A stretch of DNA of 64,000 nt from Candidatus Multivoradales bacterium (lineage in GTDB: Bacteria; Acidobacteriota; Thermoanaerobaculia; Multivoradales; JAHEKO01): NCBI GenBank assembly GCA_965223155.1, contig CBDCVR010000015.1, positions 1,184,001 to 1,248,000 on the forward strand. Reading direction: 5' to 3'. The position numbers and the translations under genes are program-made. Each line of letters opens with the position of its first letter. Position 1 is the stretch's first letter. This document shows positions 1 through 9,388 of the stretch, one piece after another. The notes beneath the pieces were generated by a model. The model saw only the letters and a list, made by a program, of their open reading frames with translations, had not been told where the DNA came from and searched no databases.

Positions 1-2
1 GT

Positions 3-1205
3 TCCCCGGTGACGGGTTCGGTTCTTCAGGTTCTGACCGAAACGCTGGACGGAGGGCCGGTGCTGGAAAGATCCTTCGCGGCGACCAATCAGCGCTCGGT
101 GGCGCGGAACCAGAACCATGTCTTCTGGAAGTCGACGGCCTTCGTGCGCCGGGCCCTGGAGCGGCTGGCCCGAGAGGGCGAGCCCCGAATTCTGCCGCCG
201 GTGGCCGAGGCCGTGCCGGCCGCTTCGGACCGCCTGTACAAGAAGCCGGGGAATCTGGAGAGCCTGGCGCCGCTGGGCAAACAGCTTGTCAGGGCGGCGG
301 GATCCAAGGTCAGGGACCGGCTGGCCGCGAAGACCTGGTTCGTTGCCTACGCCACCCTGGAGCCGGGCATGGACTTGCGTCTCGATGCGACCGAGGAGGT
401 CGCTTCGTGTCTCGCTCGAGCGAGACCGCTCGAGGCGCCGGCGGGACGCTACTGGGCCGACCCGTTCATCGTCGAGCACGAAGGCGATCGCTTTCTCGTC
501 TTCGAAGAGTTCGACGTCGCGGTCGGCCGGGGCCGGATCTCCGGACTCTGTATCGGACCAGGCGGAGGGCCAGACGGCAGGCCGGACGGCGAGCCGGGCC
601 AGGCGTTTCCGGTTCTGGAACGGCCCTACCATCTCTCCTACCCGTTCATCTTCCGATGGCAGGGGGATCTCTATCTCTTGCCGGAGACCTTGGAGGCCGG
701 TCGGGTCGAGCTCTACCGGTGCGAGCGTTTTCCGGACCGCTGGCAGCGGGCGGCTACGCTCGTCGATGCCGTCAAAGCGGCCGATCCGACGCTGGTCGAG
801 GTCGATGGCACCTGGTGGCTCTTTGCGACGGAGCTGCGAGAAGGCATGGCCAACGCCAACGACGAGCTCTTGCTGTACTTCGCGGACCAGCCGACGGGAC
901 CGTTCACTCCCCACCCGGAAAATCCCGTGGTCAGCGACGTGCGCTCGGCGCGACCCGCTGGCCGGCCGTTCTTGGGCCGGCACGGGCTGGTGCGACCCGC
1001 CCAGGACGGCTCGCGCGGTTACGGCTCAGCGATCGCGCTGCGACGGGTTACGGAGTTGTCGCCCACCCGGTACCGGGAAGAAGACGCCGGCCGCATCGAG
1101 CCGAACTGGGCGCCCGGGCTCATCGGCACCCACACGGTGAACCTGGGCGCCGGTCTCCTGGCGGTCGATGGCTTCACGCGCCGCGGTTTCGGAGCGGCGG
1201 GATGA
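3..1205 (+). CDS. 5'-truncated protein: formyltransferase-like segment followed by a GINT1-N/GH43-like beta-propeller (glucosamine inositolphosphorylceramide transferase-family N-terminal domain)
   Basis: Frame is open from the window edge. TGSVLQVLTETLDGGPVL resembles the formyltransferase TG..LD.G motif. YWADPF, HLSYPFIF, LLPET, DPTL..WWLF and HPENPVVSDVRSARPAG are typical of the propeller family. Stop overlaps the next ATG (ATGA 1202-1205). Confidence 0.65.
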   Translation, partial: SPVTGSVLQVLTETLDGGPVLERSFAATNQRSVARNQNHVFWKSTAFVRRALERLAREGEPRILPPVAEAVPAASDRLYKKPGNLESLAPLGKQLVRAAGSKVRDRLAAKTWFVAYATLEPGMDLRLDATEEVASCLARARPLEAPAGRYWADPFIVEHEGDRFLVFEEFDVAVGRGRISGLCIGPGGGPDGRPDGEPGQAFPVLERPYHLSYPFIFRWQGDLYLLPETLEAGRVELYRCERFPDRWQRAATLVDAVKAADPTLVEVDGTWWLFATELREGMANANDELLLYFADQPTGPFTPHPENPVVSDVRSARPAGRPFLGRHGLVRPAQDGSRGYGSAIALRRVTELSPTRYREEDAGRIEPNWAPGLIGTHTVNLGAGLLAVDGFTRRGFGAAG

Positions 1206-2122
1206 GGCCTCTCGACTTCATCGTGATCGGAACGATGAAGGCGGGGACCACCTCGCTGTTTCACTATTTGCGGCACCACCCCGAGCTGTTTCTGCCGCCC
1301 GACAAGGAGCTGCCGTACTTTCTGCGGCCAGAGTGGTACGAACGGGGCTGGCCGCCCTTCGCCCGTCGGTACTTTTCAGAGGCGGGGCCCGGACAGATTC
1401 TGGGCACCGTGACGCCTCAGTACATGGAAGAGCCGGCGATGCCGGAACGCATCCACGGGCAAATGCCCGGGGTGCGGCTGATCGCCCTGCTGCGGAATCC
1501 CATCGACCGAGTGGATTCGTACTACCGCATGCAGGTTCGGAGAGGCCGGGAGACCCGTTCGATCGAACAAGTCGTCGAAGAGCTCGCGCTGCCCGCGTCG
1601 GCGGCTCGGGCTCGAGAGATGCTCTTCGGGGCCGAGTTCACGAGTGCGACCTATCTCGTGCGTTCGGAATACGCTCGGATTCTCGAATCCTATGCGAAGG
1701 TCTTTGGCCGGGACCGGCTCCTGGTGTGCTTCAGTGAGGATCTGAAGCGCGCTCCACAGGAAGTCGTAGCGGAAGTCTTCGAGTTCGTGGGTGCCGATCG
1801 GGACTTCGAGCCTCCGAACCTGTCTCGCCGCTATCACGTCGGCGGATCGGAGCGGTTTCCTGGGCTGATTCCGTTTGCCGCAAGGCTGCCACCGGCGCGT
1901 TGGCTCTGGCGGATGCTGCCTGAGCGATTCCGGCGCGATTTCCTGTTCCGGTTCCGGACGGACTTCAACGTCAAGACAACGCGCGCGACTGCTTTGACGG
2001 ACGATCTGAGGGCGCGGCTGCGGGGCTTCTTCGCCGCCGACGTGGACCGCCTTGCGGCGATCATCGGGAAACCTCCTCCCTGGCCTGAGTTTCTCGAACC
2101 TGGGGTAGGGGACCGCCCGTGA
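1202..2122 (+). CDS. PAPS-dependent sulfotransferase (heparan-sulfate O/N-sulfotransferase-like)
   Basis: 5'-PSB motif IVIGTMKAGTTSL, KELPYF, 3'-PB motif LLRNPIDRVDS. True start is the ATG at 1202 inside ORF 407..2122. Confidence 0.85.
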   Translation: MRPLDFIVIGTMKAGTTSLFHYLRHHPELFLPPDKELPYFLRPEWYERGWPPFARRYFSEAGPGQILGTVTPQYMEEPAMPERIHGQMPGVRLIALLRNPIDRVDSYYRMQVRRGRETRSIEQVVEELALPASAARAREMLFGAEFTSATYLVRSEYARILESYAKVFGRDRLLVCFSEDLKRAPQEVVAEVFEFVGADRDFEPPNLSRRYHVGGSERFPGLIPFAARLPPARWLWRMLPERFRRDFLFRFRTDFNVKTTRATALTDDLRARLRGFFAADVDRLAAIIGKPPPWPEFLEPGVGDRP

Positions 2123-3069
2123 CCCGCCGCCGCCGAGTCGTCTTCATTACCAGCCTGGGACACTCGGGCTCGACGATTCTTCATCTGGTGCTGGCGAGCC
2201 ATACCCGGGCGTTTGGACTGGGCGAGCTGGCGAGTGCCCGCCGGCGCCTCGAACGCGAGACGCCTTCGGCCGGACTGTGCGGGGTCTGTCCGGACGCTTG
2301 CCGGTTCTGGGATCTGGATGAGCGACGCCCTTTCTTGAAGAAGTACTTCGGAGGGTTCGATCGAGGTTGGCTGCGCTGGCAGATCGAGGGCCGTGCCGGC
2401 GCCTTCAAGGGTGATCTGTACCGGACACTCTTTTCCTGGCTGGGCGAGGATGCGATCGCGCTGGTGGATTCGAGCAAATCCCCGGGCTGGATTAAGCGGC
2501 AGCTCCGGCCGTGGTGGCACTGGCGCGATTGCGATCCCTATCTGGTGTACCTGGCGCGCGACGGACGCGCGGTCCTCAACTCCCGGCTCCGCAAGCACCC
2601 GGATCTTTCGGTGGACCGGATCAGCAAGGTCTGGCTGGCCGGTGTCCGGGCGAGAGAGCGGCTCTTTGCCCGCTTTCCGGTCGAGCGCCGGGTGCGGGTT
2701 GGCTACGAGCGGTTTGCCTTGGAGCCCGAAATCGAGCTCCGCCGTCTGTGCGCGGCTCTGCACATAAGGTTCGAGCCGCAGATGCTTCGGTACTGGGAGG
2801 GCGAGCACCATCCGGTTGCCGGCAACGTCGGCGCCTATCTTTCAATGTTCGTCGCAGAGGGCGAGAAGCGGACCGAGGTGCTCGAGCACCATAGGGCCAG
2901 AAGCCAGGCTGAGCGGCTTACCGACCTTCGGTACTACGAGTCGGTGGGCGCCGCGATCCGAGCCGATTTTCGCTGGACGACCGAACTGTCGGAGGCGAAC
3001 CTGGCGCGGTTTCAAGATATCGTCGGCAACGCGAACGACCCCTACGCGTTCGAAGTACCGAAAGTCTAG
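2119..3069 (+). CDS. Sulfotransferase family protein
   Basis: FITSLGHSGSTIL (5'-PSB), CGVCPDACRFW, VDSSK, RDGRAVLNS (3'-PB), YERFALEP. GTGA overlap with the previous gene. Confidence 0.8.
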   Translation: MTRRRRVVFITSLGHSGSTILHLVLASHTRAFGLGELASARRRLERETPSAGLCGVCPDACRFWDLDERRPFLKKYFGGFDRGWLRWQIEGRAGAFKGDLYRTLFSWLGEDAIALVDSSKSPGWIKRQLRPWWHWRDCDPYLVYLARDGRAVLNSRLRKHPDLSVDRISKVWLAGVRARERLFARFPVERRVRVGYERFALEPEIELRRLCAALHIRFEPQMLRYWEGEHHPVAGNVGAYLSMFVAEGEKRTEVLEHHRARSQAERLTDLRYYESVGAAIRADFRWTTELSEANLARFQDIVGNANDPYAFEVPKV

Positions 3070-3257
3070 TCGGCCGTCGTTCCAAGTTGTCCCGTGACCG
3101 GACGCGCCGGAATCTTGAACCGTTGGACCTCTTCGAGCCTTTCGTGGCGGCGCCAGCTCTCTTGGGCCACTCTCTGCCTCGGCCCGGCTTTCGAGCCGTC
3201 TTGCGGGCCGGGTCCGGGAGCCGGCGCTCCGGATCGGCTGGTTAGCGGGAGCGCGCT

Positions 3258-4169
3258 ATGAAGCCGAGCCTGAGTGTCGTCGTTCCGTGCCGGAACTCCG
3301 AATCCACGATCGCCGGAACCCTCGCCTCTCTGGCGGCGCAGTCTCTGCCGGACCTCGAGATCGTCGTCGTGGACGACGGTTCGGAAGACGCGACCAGAGA
3401 GGTCGTCGAAGGCCTCGACGTGACCGGGCTCCGGTTACTGAGTCACGATCCGCGCGGGGTTTGTGCCGCGCGTAATGCCGGCGCCGAGCTCGCCGGGGGC
3501 GAGTTTCTGGCCTTCCTGGATAGCGACGACGTGGCCCTGGAGGGCTGGGCCTCGACCCTGCTCTCCGGGTTCGAGGACGGGATCGGGTTGTCGTTCGTGG
3601 GGGCGCGCGTGATCCGGCACGGGGATGAGAAGGTACCCGAGAGGGTGCGTCTCCCCGTTGCCCTGGGCCCCGCTTTTGGCCGTCACGAGGGATTGTTTCT
3701 GGCGGGGGCGTTTGCTTGTCGGCGGAGCCTCTTCGAGTCAGCCGGAGGCTACGACGAGTCGCTGGAGTACGGTGAGAACATGGAGCTTGGACTGCGGCTT
3801 GTGGAAGAGTGCGAGGCGCTTGGAATGGCCGCCGCGACCCACGGGAGTCCCTTGTTCGAGTACCACCGCTCGCCGCCTCGACAGCACTCGCGCCGGGATC
3901 TCGAGCGGCGCCGAGACGCCGCTCGGAGGATCCTCGAGAAGCATCATCGGCGAGTTGCAGCAGACCCCAATCTTCGAGGAAATCTCCTGGCCGTTGCCGG
4001 CGTGAGCGCAGGCAGGCTGGGGGACTGGAAGGCGGCGCGCCGGGACCTCTTCCGGGCGCTGCTCTACGGGCGCAGTCCGGTCAAGAACGCGATGAGGCTG
4101 GCTGCGGCCTGGATGCCGCGGCTCGCGTCATCCCACTGGCAGATGCCGCTCGAGGCGGACCGTGGCTGA
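3258..4169 (+). CDS. Glycosyltransferase family 2
   Basis: SVVVPCRN, VVVDDGSED, AARNAG, FLDSDD motifs. Confidence 0.9.
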   Translation: MKPSLSVVVPCRNSESTIAGTLASLAAQSLPDLEIVVVDDGSEDATREVVEGLDVTGLRLLSHDPRGVCAARNAGAELAGGEFLAFLDSDDVALEGWASTLLSGFEDGIGLSFVGARVIRHGDEKVPERVRLPVALGPAFGRHEGLFLAGAFACRRSLFESAGGYDESLEYGENMELGLRLVEECEALGMAAATHGSPLFEYHRSPPRQHSRRDLERRRDAARRILEKHHRRVAADPNLRGNLLAVAGVSAGRLGDWKAARRDLFRALLYGRSPVKNAMRLAAAWMPRLASSHWQMPLEADRG

Positions 4170-5109
4170 CCGGGAAGCTCGGATCAGCGTCGTGATCCCG
4201 ACCCATAACCGGGCGGAGCTCCTGCCGCGCGCGATTGCGAGCGTCCTGGATCAGACCTATCAGCGGTTCGAGCTCATCGTCGTGGATGACGGTTCGACCG
4301 ACGCCACCGCCGAGGTCGTCGCCGCTTTCGAGGATCCACGGTTGCGCTACGTACGGAGGCAAGAGGCCGGGGGCGCCCCGGTCGCCCGCAACCTGGGCGT
4401 CGCCAGCGCGCGGACGGACCTGATCGCCTTCTTGGATGACGATGACCGGCTGGAGCCGGAGTTTCTGGAGCGCACCGTCGCGATCTTCGAGGCCGCCCCC
4501 GCCGAGCTCGGCTTTTCCTGGTCCGGGGCCCGTTGGGTGCGCCCGAACTCACGGGGCGAGGAAGAGGTCCTTCGGCAGGGCGCCTGGCAGCCCACCTTTG
4601 CGAACCGGGAGGAGGCGTTTCGCTCGTTCTTGCGTAATCGCCACGTCGGCACGGCTTGCGGGGTCTGTTTCCGGCGCGAATGCTTGGAGGCCGTCGGGGG
4701 TTTCGATGAGCGCCTGGTGGGCGGGGCGGAGGATACGGACTTCTTCATCCGGGCGGTCCGCGAGTTCGACTTCGCGGTCATCCCTGAGATCCTGGTGACG
4801 ATCGACCTCCATGGCGGCGCCCACCTGCGCCATCACTCCCTGGCGAAGGCCGAGGACTACGAGATCATATTGGCCAAGCACCGGGAGGCCCTGCAAAGGG
4901 ATCCCGGAACGTTGAAGCAATTGCTCTACAAGACGGCTTGGTTGTTCTACGCCGCCGGCGACAAGCGCCGGGGCCGTACGTTCCTGCGCAAATGCCTGGC
5001 ACTGGCGCCGCTGCAACCCAAGGCTTGGGTGGCGGGCCTGCTGTACGAGACCCTGGGCCGTCACGGGGCGGCAGTGCACCGGCGCCTCTCGGACGCGAGA
5101 CGAGCCTGA
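4162..5109 (+). CDS. Glycosyltransferase family 2
   Basis: ISVVIPTHNR, VVDDGSTD, ARNLG, FLDDDD, GGFDE, EDTD. Confidence 0.9.
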   Translation: MADREARISVVIPTHNRAELLPRAIASVLDQTYQRFELIVVDDGSTDATAEVVAAFEDPRLRYVRRQEAGGAPVARNLGVASARTDLIAFLDDDDRLEPEFLERTVAIFEAAPAELGFSWSGARWVRPNSRGEEEVLRQGAWQPTFANREEAFRSFLRNRHVGTACGVCFRRECLEAVGGFDERLVGGAEDTDFFIRAVREFDFAVIPEILVTIDLHGGAHLRHHSLAKAEDYEIILAKHREALQRDPGTLKQLLYKTAWLFYAAGDKRRGRTFLRKCLALAPLQPKAWVAGLLYETLGRHGAAVHRRLSDARRA

Positions 5110-5963
5110 TGGCGGGTGGCAAGGCGCCGACCGACGGCGTCGAGCGGATGGTCAGGAGCCTGGGGAAGAAGGGCCTCGGTCTCTTCGGCTGGCTGCCGCC
5201 CGAGCGCAAGCTGGCCGCGGTGCGCCGGTTGCGGGGCTTTGTGGATCGATTCCGCAAGCAGCCCGCCGACGTCGAGGGCGTTCCCATGTACGTGCCTCCA
5301 CGGCTCTACCATTGGTACGTTCGCCGCGAGCTCGAACCCGTCGAGCGCGAGTTTGTGTCCGGCGCTCTGGTGCCGGGCATGCGGTGCGTGGACGTGGGCG
5401 CGAACATCGGGTTTTTCTCCTTGCTCATGGCGCGGCTGGTGGGTGCGAGGGGGCACGTCACCGCGTTCGAGCCCGGCCCGGCCAACTTCCGGTTCTTGGA
5501 GCGGAATCTGGCGCTCCACGGCATGGACAATGTCCGGGCTTTGCAGCTCGCCGCCGGAAGCAGGCAAGAGACCCGCCCGCTGCGCGTGGACCGCGCCGGG
5601 ACGAAAAACAGCTTCTTCGCGGGTCGCGGAAGTCGTGCCGTCGACGTCCAGGTGACGACCATCGACGCCGCCGTCGAGCGAGCCGATTTCGTCAAGATCG
5701 ACGTCGAGGGCGCCGAGCTGGAGGTTCTGGCCGGGATGGACAAGACCCTGGCCAGCGGCTGTCGCTCGATGCTGGTCGAGTGGAATCCGCGTCTCCTGAT
5801 CTTGGCCGGTCACTCGCCGGACGCTCTCCCGCGAGCCCTGGCGAGGCACGGATTCGCGCTTACGGTTCTGGATCAAATTCGTGACGTCGAAGGGGTGCTG
5901 GAGGCACTGGAGCGCGGAAGCCTGGAGCCCAATTGGTACGCGAGCTTGGCGGCTACCCGCTAG
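5109..5963 (+). CDS. FkbM family SAM-dependent methyltransferase
   Basis: VDVGANIG, AFEP, KIDVEGAELEVL. Start at ATG 5109 overlaps the upstream stop (TGATG). Confidence 0.88.
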   Translation: MAGGKAPTDGVERMVRSLGKKGLGLFGWLPPERKLAAVRRLRGFVDRFRKQPADVEGVPMYVPPRLYHWYVRRELEPVEREFVSGALVPGMRCVDVGANIGFFSLLMARLVGARGHVTAFEPGPANFRFLERNLALHGMDNVRALQLAAGSRQETRPLRVDRAGTKNSFFAGRGSRAVDVQVTTIDAAVERADFVKIDVEGAELEVLAGMDKTLASGCRSMLVEWNPRLLILAGHSPDALPRALARHGFALTVLDQIRDVEGVLEALERGSLEPNWYASLAATR

Positions 5964-6047
5964 CTTCTGTCTCGCCGCCCGCATGGTAGCCTTGCGCCTC
6001 GCTTTTTCGGGCTGTGCTGAGAGCGAGAGGTACGGAGTTAGGAAGAA

Positions 6048-7259
6048 GTGCGGATTTTCATTGCTGGAATCGACGGATATCTGGGTTGGCCGCTAGCGCA
6101 GTATCTCTTGGCGCGGGGTCACGAGGTGGCCGGCGCCGACTGCTATTTTCGCCGCAAGTGGGTCGAGGAGATGGAGTCGTGGAGCGCGACTCCCATTCTC
6201 TCGATGCCCGAACGCCTCGAGGCCCTCAAGGAAGCGACGGGCAGGGATCTTTCCTTCTGGGAGGCGGATCTCACCGAGTACTCGACCGTCGAGAGGATCT
6301 TTCGCGACTTCCAGCCGGAAGCGATCGTTCACCTGGGCGAATGTCCGTCCGCTCCGTATTCGATGGTGGACGTCCACCATGCGGTCTGGGTGCAGAACAA
6401 CAACGTTAACTCGACCTTCAATCTGCTCTTCGCGATGCGCGACGTCTGCCCGGAGGCCCATCTGGTCAAGCTGGGCACGATGGGGGAGTACGGAACGCCG
6501 GGGGTCGCGATTCCGGAGGGCTTCTTCGAGATCGAATACCGGGGACGCAAGGATCGGTTGCCGTTTCCCCGCCAGGCCGGATCCTGGTACCACTGGTCGA
6601 AGGTCCACGGCTCGAACAACATCATGTTTGGCTGCAAGATCTACGGGCTGCGGGCGACCGACATCATGCAGGGTGTCGTTTTCGGCACCCGCATCGACGA
6701 GATGGGCGACGACGAGCGCCTCTTGAGCCGGTTGGACTTCGACCAGGCGTTCGGGACCGCGATCAATCGGTTCTGCTGCCAGGCGGTGATCGGACACCCC
6801 TTGACGCCGTTCGGCAAGGGGCATCAGAAGCGGGGCTTCTTGCCGCTCAGAGACTCGATGCAATGCTTGACTCTGGCGATCGAAAACCCGGCCGGAGCCG
6901 GGGAGTACCGGGTCTTCAATCAGTTTCAAGAGGTGTACGACATCACCGAGCTGGCCACCACCGTCCAGCGAGTCGCGGGCGAGCTGGGGCTGGACGTCGA
7001 GGTGCGCAACCTGGTCAATCCACGCAACGAGCTCGAGCAGCACTACTACGAGCCGGATCACCAGCATCTTCTGGACCTCGGCTACCAGCCGTCGGAGGGC
7101 GTCGAGGCCGAAGTCCGGATCATGCTCGCCGACCTCATGAAGTATCGCGAGCGGATCGAAGCCAAGCGCGAATCCCTGATCCCGGACGTCCATTGGGACG
7201 GCAGCCGGGAGAAGGTCTCGTTCGTGGACGAGTCGGCGGCGGCGCTCGCGGGCGAATGA
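6048..7259 (+). CDS. sqdB: UDP-sulfoquinovose synthase (SqdB/SQD1/Agl3 family SDR)
   Basis: GIDGYLGWP, PSAPYSM, HLVKLGTMGEYGTP, YHWSK (YxxxK), RATDIMQGVVFG, FGTAINRFCCQAVIGHPLT..GKGHQKRGFL, RVFNQF are family-diagnostic blocks. Confidence 0.9.
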   Translation: MRIFIAGIDGYLGWPLAQYLLARGHEVAGADCYFRRKWVEEMESWSATPILSMPERLEALKEATGRDLSFWEADLTEYSTVERIFRDFQPEAIVHLGECPSAPYSMVDVHHAVWVQNNNVNSTFNLLFAMRDVCPEAHLVKLGTMGEYGTPGVAIPEGFFEIEYRGRKDRLPFPRQAGSWYHWSKVHGSNNIMFGCKIYGLRATDIMQGVVFGTRIDEMGDDERLLSRLDFDQAFGTAINRFCCQAVIGHPLTPFGKGHQKRGFLPLRDSMQCLTLAIENPAGAGEYRVFNQFQEVYDITELATTVQRVAGELGLDVEVRNLVNPRNELEQHYYEPDHQHLLDLGYQPSEGVEAEVRIMLADLMKYRERIEAKRESLIPDVHWDGSREKVSFVDESAAALAGE

Positions 7260-8236
7260 CGGCAGACGCAACCACCGGGCCGCCGCGTGCGCGCCGGGTG
7301 CTGGTCACCGGCGGCGCGGGCTTCGTCGGGGCCAACGTCGTCCGCAGGTTGGCGGGGAGCTGGCGGGTCACGGTTCTGGACGATCTGTCCGCCGGTTCGT
7401 TGGCCTATCTGGAGGGTCTCGACGTCGAATTCGTCGAGGGCGACGTCCTGGACCGGAGCTTGATCGCCCAACAGGTCGAGGGCCAGGACGCGATCGTTCA
7501 TCTGGCGGCTCAGACCGGCGTGCCGGGCTCGCTCGAAAATCCGGAACGGGACTGCCGGGTCAACGTCTTGGGTACCTTGGGCCTGTTGGATGCTTTGAGG
7601 AACGCGTCTCGCGTGGGTTCGCGGCCGGCACGGTTCGTGTTCGCGTCCTCGAACGCGCCGCTGGGTCGCCAGGAGCCGCCGGCGACCGAGGACAAGGCGC
7701 CGTTACCGGTCTCACCCTACGGCGCCAGCAAGCTGGCGGCCGAGGCCTACTGCCTCGCCTACCATGGCTCGTGGGGACTCGGGACGGTTGCCCTGCGCTT
7801 TGCCAACCTTTACGGTCCCTACTCGTTGCACAAAGAGAGCGTGGTCGCGAAGTTCTTCAAGGACGTCCTGCGGGACGGCTCGATCACGATCGACGGCGAC
7901 GGCGGTCAGACGCGGGACTTCATCTATGTCGAGGATCTGGCGGCGGCCGTCGAATTGGCTCTGGACGCCTCGATCGGAGGTGAGGTGTTTCAGATCGCGA
8001 CCGGGCGCGAAACCTCGATCGCCGAGCTCGCCGGGATGGTGGAAGCCTTGGCGAACCGCTCGGTGGACCGGACGTTCGCCGAAGCGAGACGTGGCGACAT
8101 CCGGCGGAACTACTCGAGCATCGAGAAGGCCCGAGACGTTCTGGGCTGGCAACCCCGGGTAGGATTGGAAGAGGGCTTGGCGCGAACCTGGAGCTGGTTC
8201 CAGGAGGCACTCGAGGCTCGAGACGGTGGCAGCTGA
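7256..8236 (+). CDS. NAD-dependent epimerase/dehydratase (UDP-hexose 4-epimerase-like)
   Basis: VLVTGGAGFVG, HLAA, SPYGASK, LRFANLYGP, QTRDFIYVED. ATG 7256 overlaps the sqdB stop. Confidence 0.88.
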   Translation: MTADATTGPPRARRVLVTGGAGFVGANVVRRLAGSWRVTVLDDLSAGSLAYLEGLDVEFVEGDVLDRSLIAQQVEGQDAIVHLAAQTGVPGSLENPERDCRVNVLGTLGLLDALRNASRVGSRPARFVFASSNAPLGRQEPPATEDKAPLPVSPYGASKLAAEAYCLAYHGSWGLGTVALRFANLYGPYSLHKESVVAKFFKDVLRDGSITIDGDGGQTRDFIYVEDLAAAVELALDASIGGEVFQIATGRETSIAELAGMVEALANRSVDRTFAEARRGDIRRNYSSIEKARDVLGWQPRVGLEEGLARTWSWFQEALEARDGGS

Positions 8237-8254
8237 GCCGACCCAGTAGGGCCG

Positions 8255-9388
8255 TTGCGACTCCTTCAAATCGTCCAGAAGCCTCAGCGGCGCGGCGCCG
8301 AGACGTTCGCGCGCCAGCTGGGCGCGGTACTGCGGCGCGGCGGTCACGAAGTCCGCACGGCGTATCTCGAGCCGTGGCCGGGTGGGTACTCTCTCAGGGA
8401 CGGAGACGTCCTTCTGGGCTCCGAGCCGGCCGGCTTCGAGGAGCGCGTTCCGGGCTTGGGACCGGCGCGCCTGAAACGGCTTCAGGCGTTGACGCGGCGG
8501 TACCAGCCGGACGTGGTGCAAGTCGGCGGTGGCCGAACCGTCAAGTATGGAGTGGCGTTGGGCGTCGTCGCCGGCTCGGCCATGGGAACTTTGGTCTGGC
8601 GCAATATCGGGATGGCCCCGGACTGGGTCCGAGGCGGTCTCCGCAAGGCTGCATACCGACGAGTGCTCTTGCCGCAGGTCGATGGGGTCATTAGCGTCAC
8701 CGAGGCTTCGGCCGAGAGCTTCCGGAAGTTCTACCGCCCGCGGTGCCCTCTCGAGGTCATCCCGACGGGTGTGGACTCGGCGTCTCTTGACACTAGCGGG
8801 CCAGTGGCTTCGGTTCGCGACGAGCTGGCTACGTCCCAGGACGCGAGGGTCGTCCTCTTCGTCGGCAGCCTGGCGCCGGAGAAGCGCGTTGACCGCCTGC
8901 TGCGGATCGCCGCAGCGGCTGCCCAGAGGGTCGAGAACTTGGCTGTTTGGATCGTCGGAGCGGGCCCGTTGGCTGCCGAGCTGGCCGAGCTCGCGAGTGC
9001 ATCAGGCCTCGAGGATCGAGTCACGTTCACGGGGTCACGGCCGGATGTGGGCCGGTTGATGGCGGCCGCCGACGTCCTGGCTCTGACAAGCGATTCCGAA
9101 GGAATCCCTCGCGTCGTCCTCGAGGCCGGGCTCGCCCGGTTGCCGGTTCTGGCTCCCAGGGTCGGGGGAATCGCGGAGTTCGTCGAGCCTGGCGTCTCGG
9201 GAGAGCTCTTCGACCCGTCGGACGAATCCGGGGCCGGGGAGACGCTCGTTGGGCTGCTCCAGGATGCCGGAAGACGCCGGCGCCTGGGCGAGGCGCTACA
9301 CGCGACCGTTGCGACTCAGTTCACCATGGACGTCATCGCCGAGCGCTACCTCGACTTCTACCGCAGGCTGGGAGTGGATCGAGCCTGA
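8255..9388 (+). CDS. Glycosyltransferase family 4
   Basis: RRGAE, VGSLAPEKR, SDSEGIPRVVLEAG (EX7E). Confidence 0.88.
   Translation: MRLLQIVQKPQRRGAETFARQLGAVLRRGGHEVRTAYLEPWPGGYSLRDGDVLLGSEPAGFEERVPGLGPARLKRLQALTRRYQPDVVQVGGGRTVKYGVALGVVAGSAMGTLVWRNIGMAPDWVRGGLRKAAYRRVLLPQVDGVISVTEASAESFRKFYRPRCPLEVIPTGVDSASLDTSGPVASVRDELATSQDARVVLFVGSLAPEKRVDRLLRIAAAAAQRVENLAVWIVGAGPLAAELAELASASGLEDRVTFTGSRPDVGRLMAAADVLALTSDSEGIPRVVLEAGLARLPVLAPRVGGIAEFVEPGVSGELFDPSDESGAGETLVGLLQDAGRRRRLGEALHATVATQFTMDVIAERYLDFYRRLGVDRA

Noticed and set aside
3070-3257. Possible ops/JUMPStart element or RNA in the 188-bp gap of the glycan operon
   Set aside because: No GGCGGTAG ops sequence, and only generic GC-rich hairpins without a U tract.
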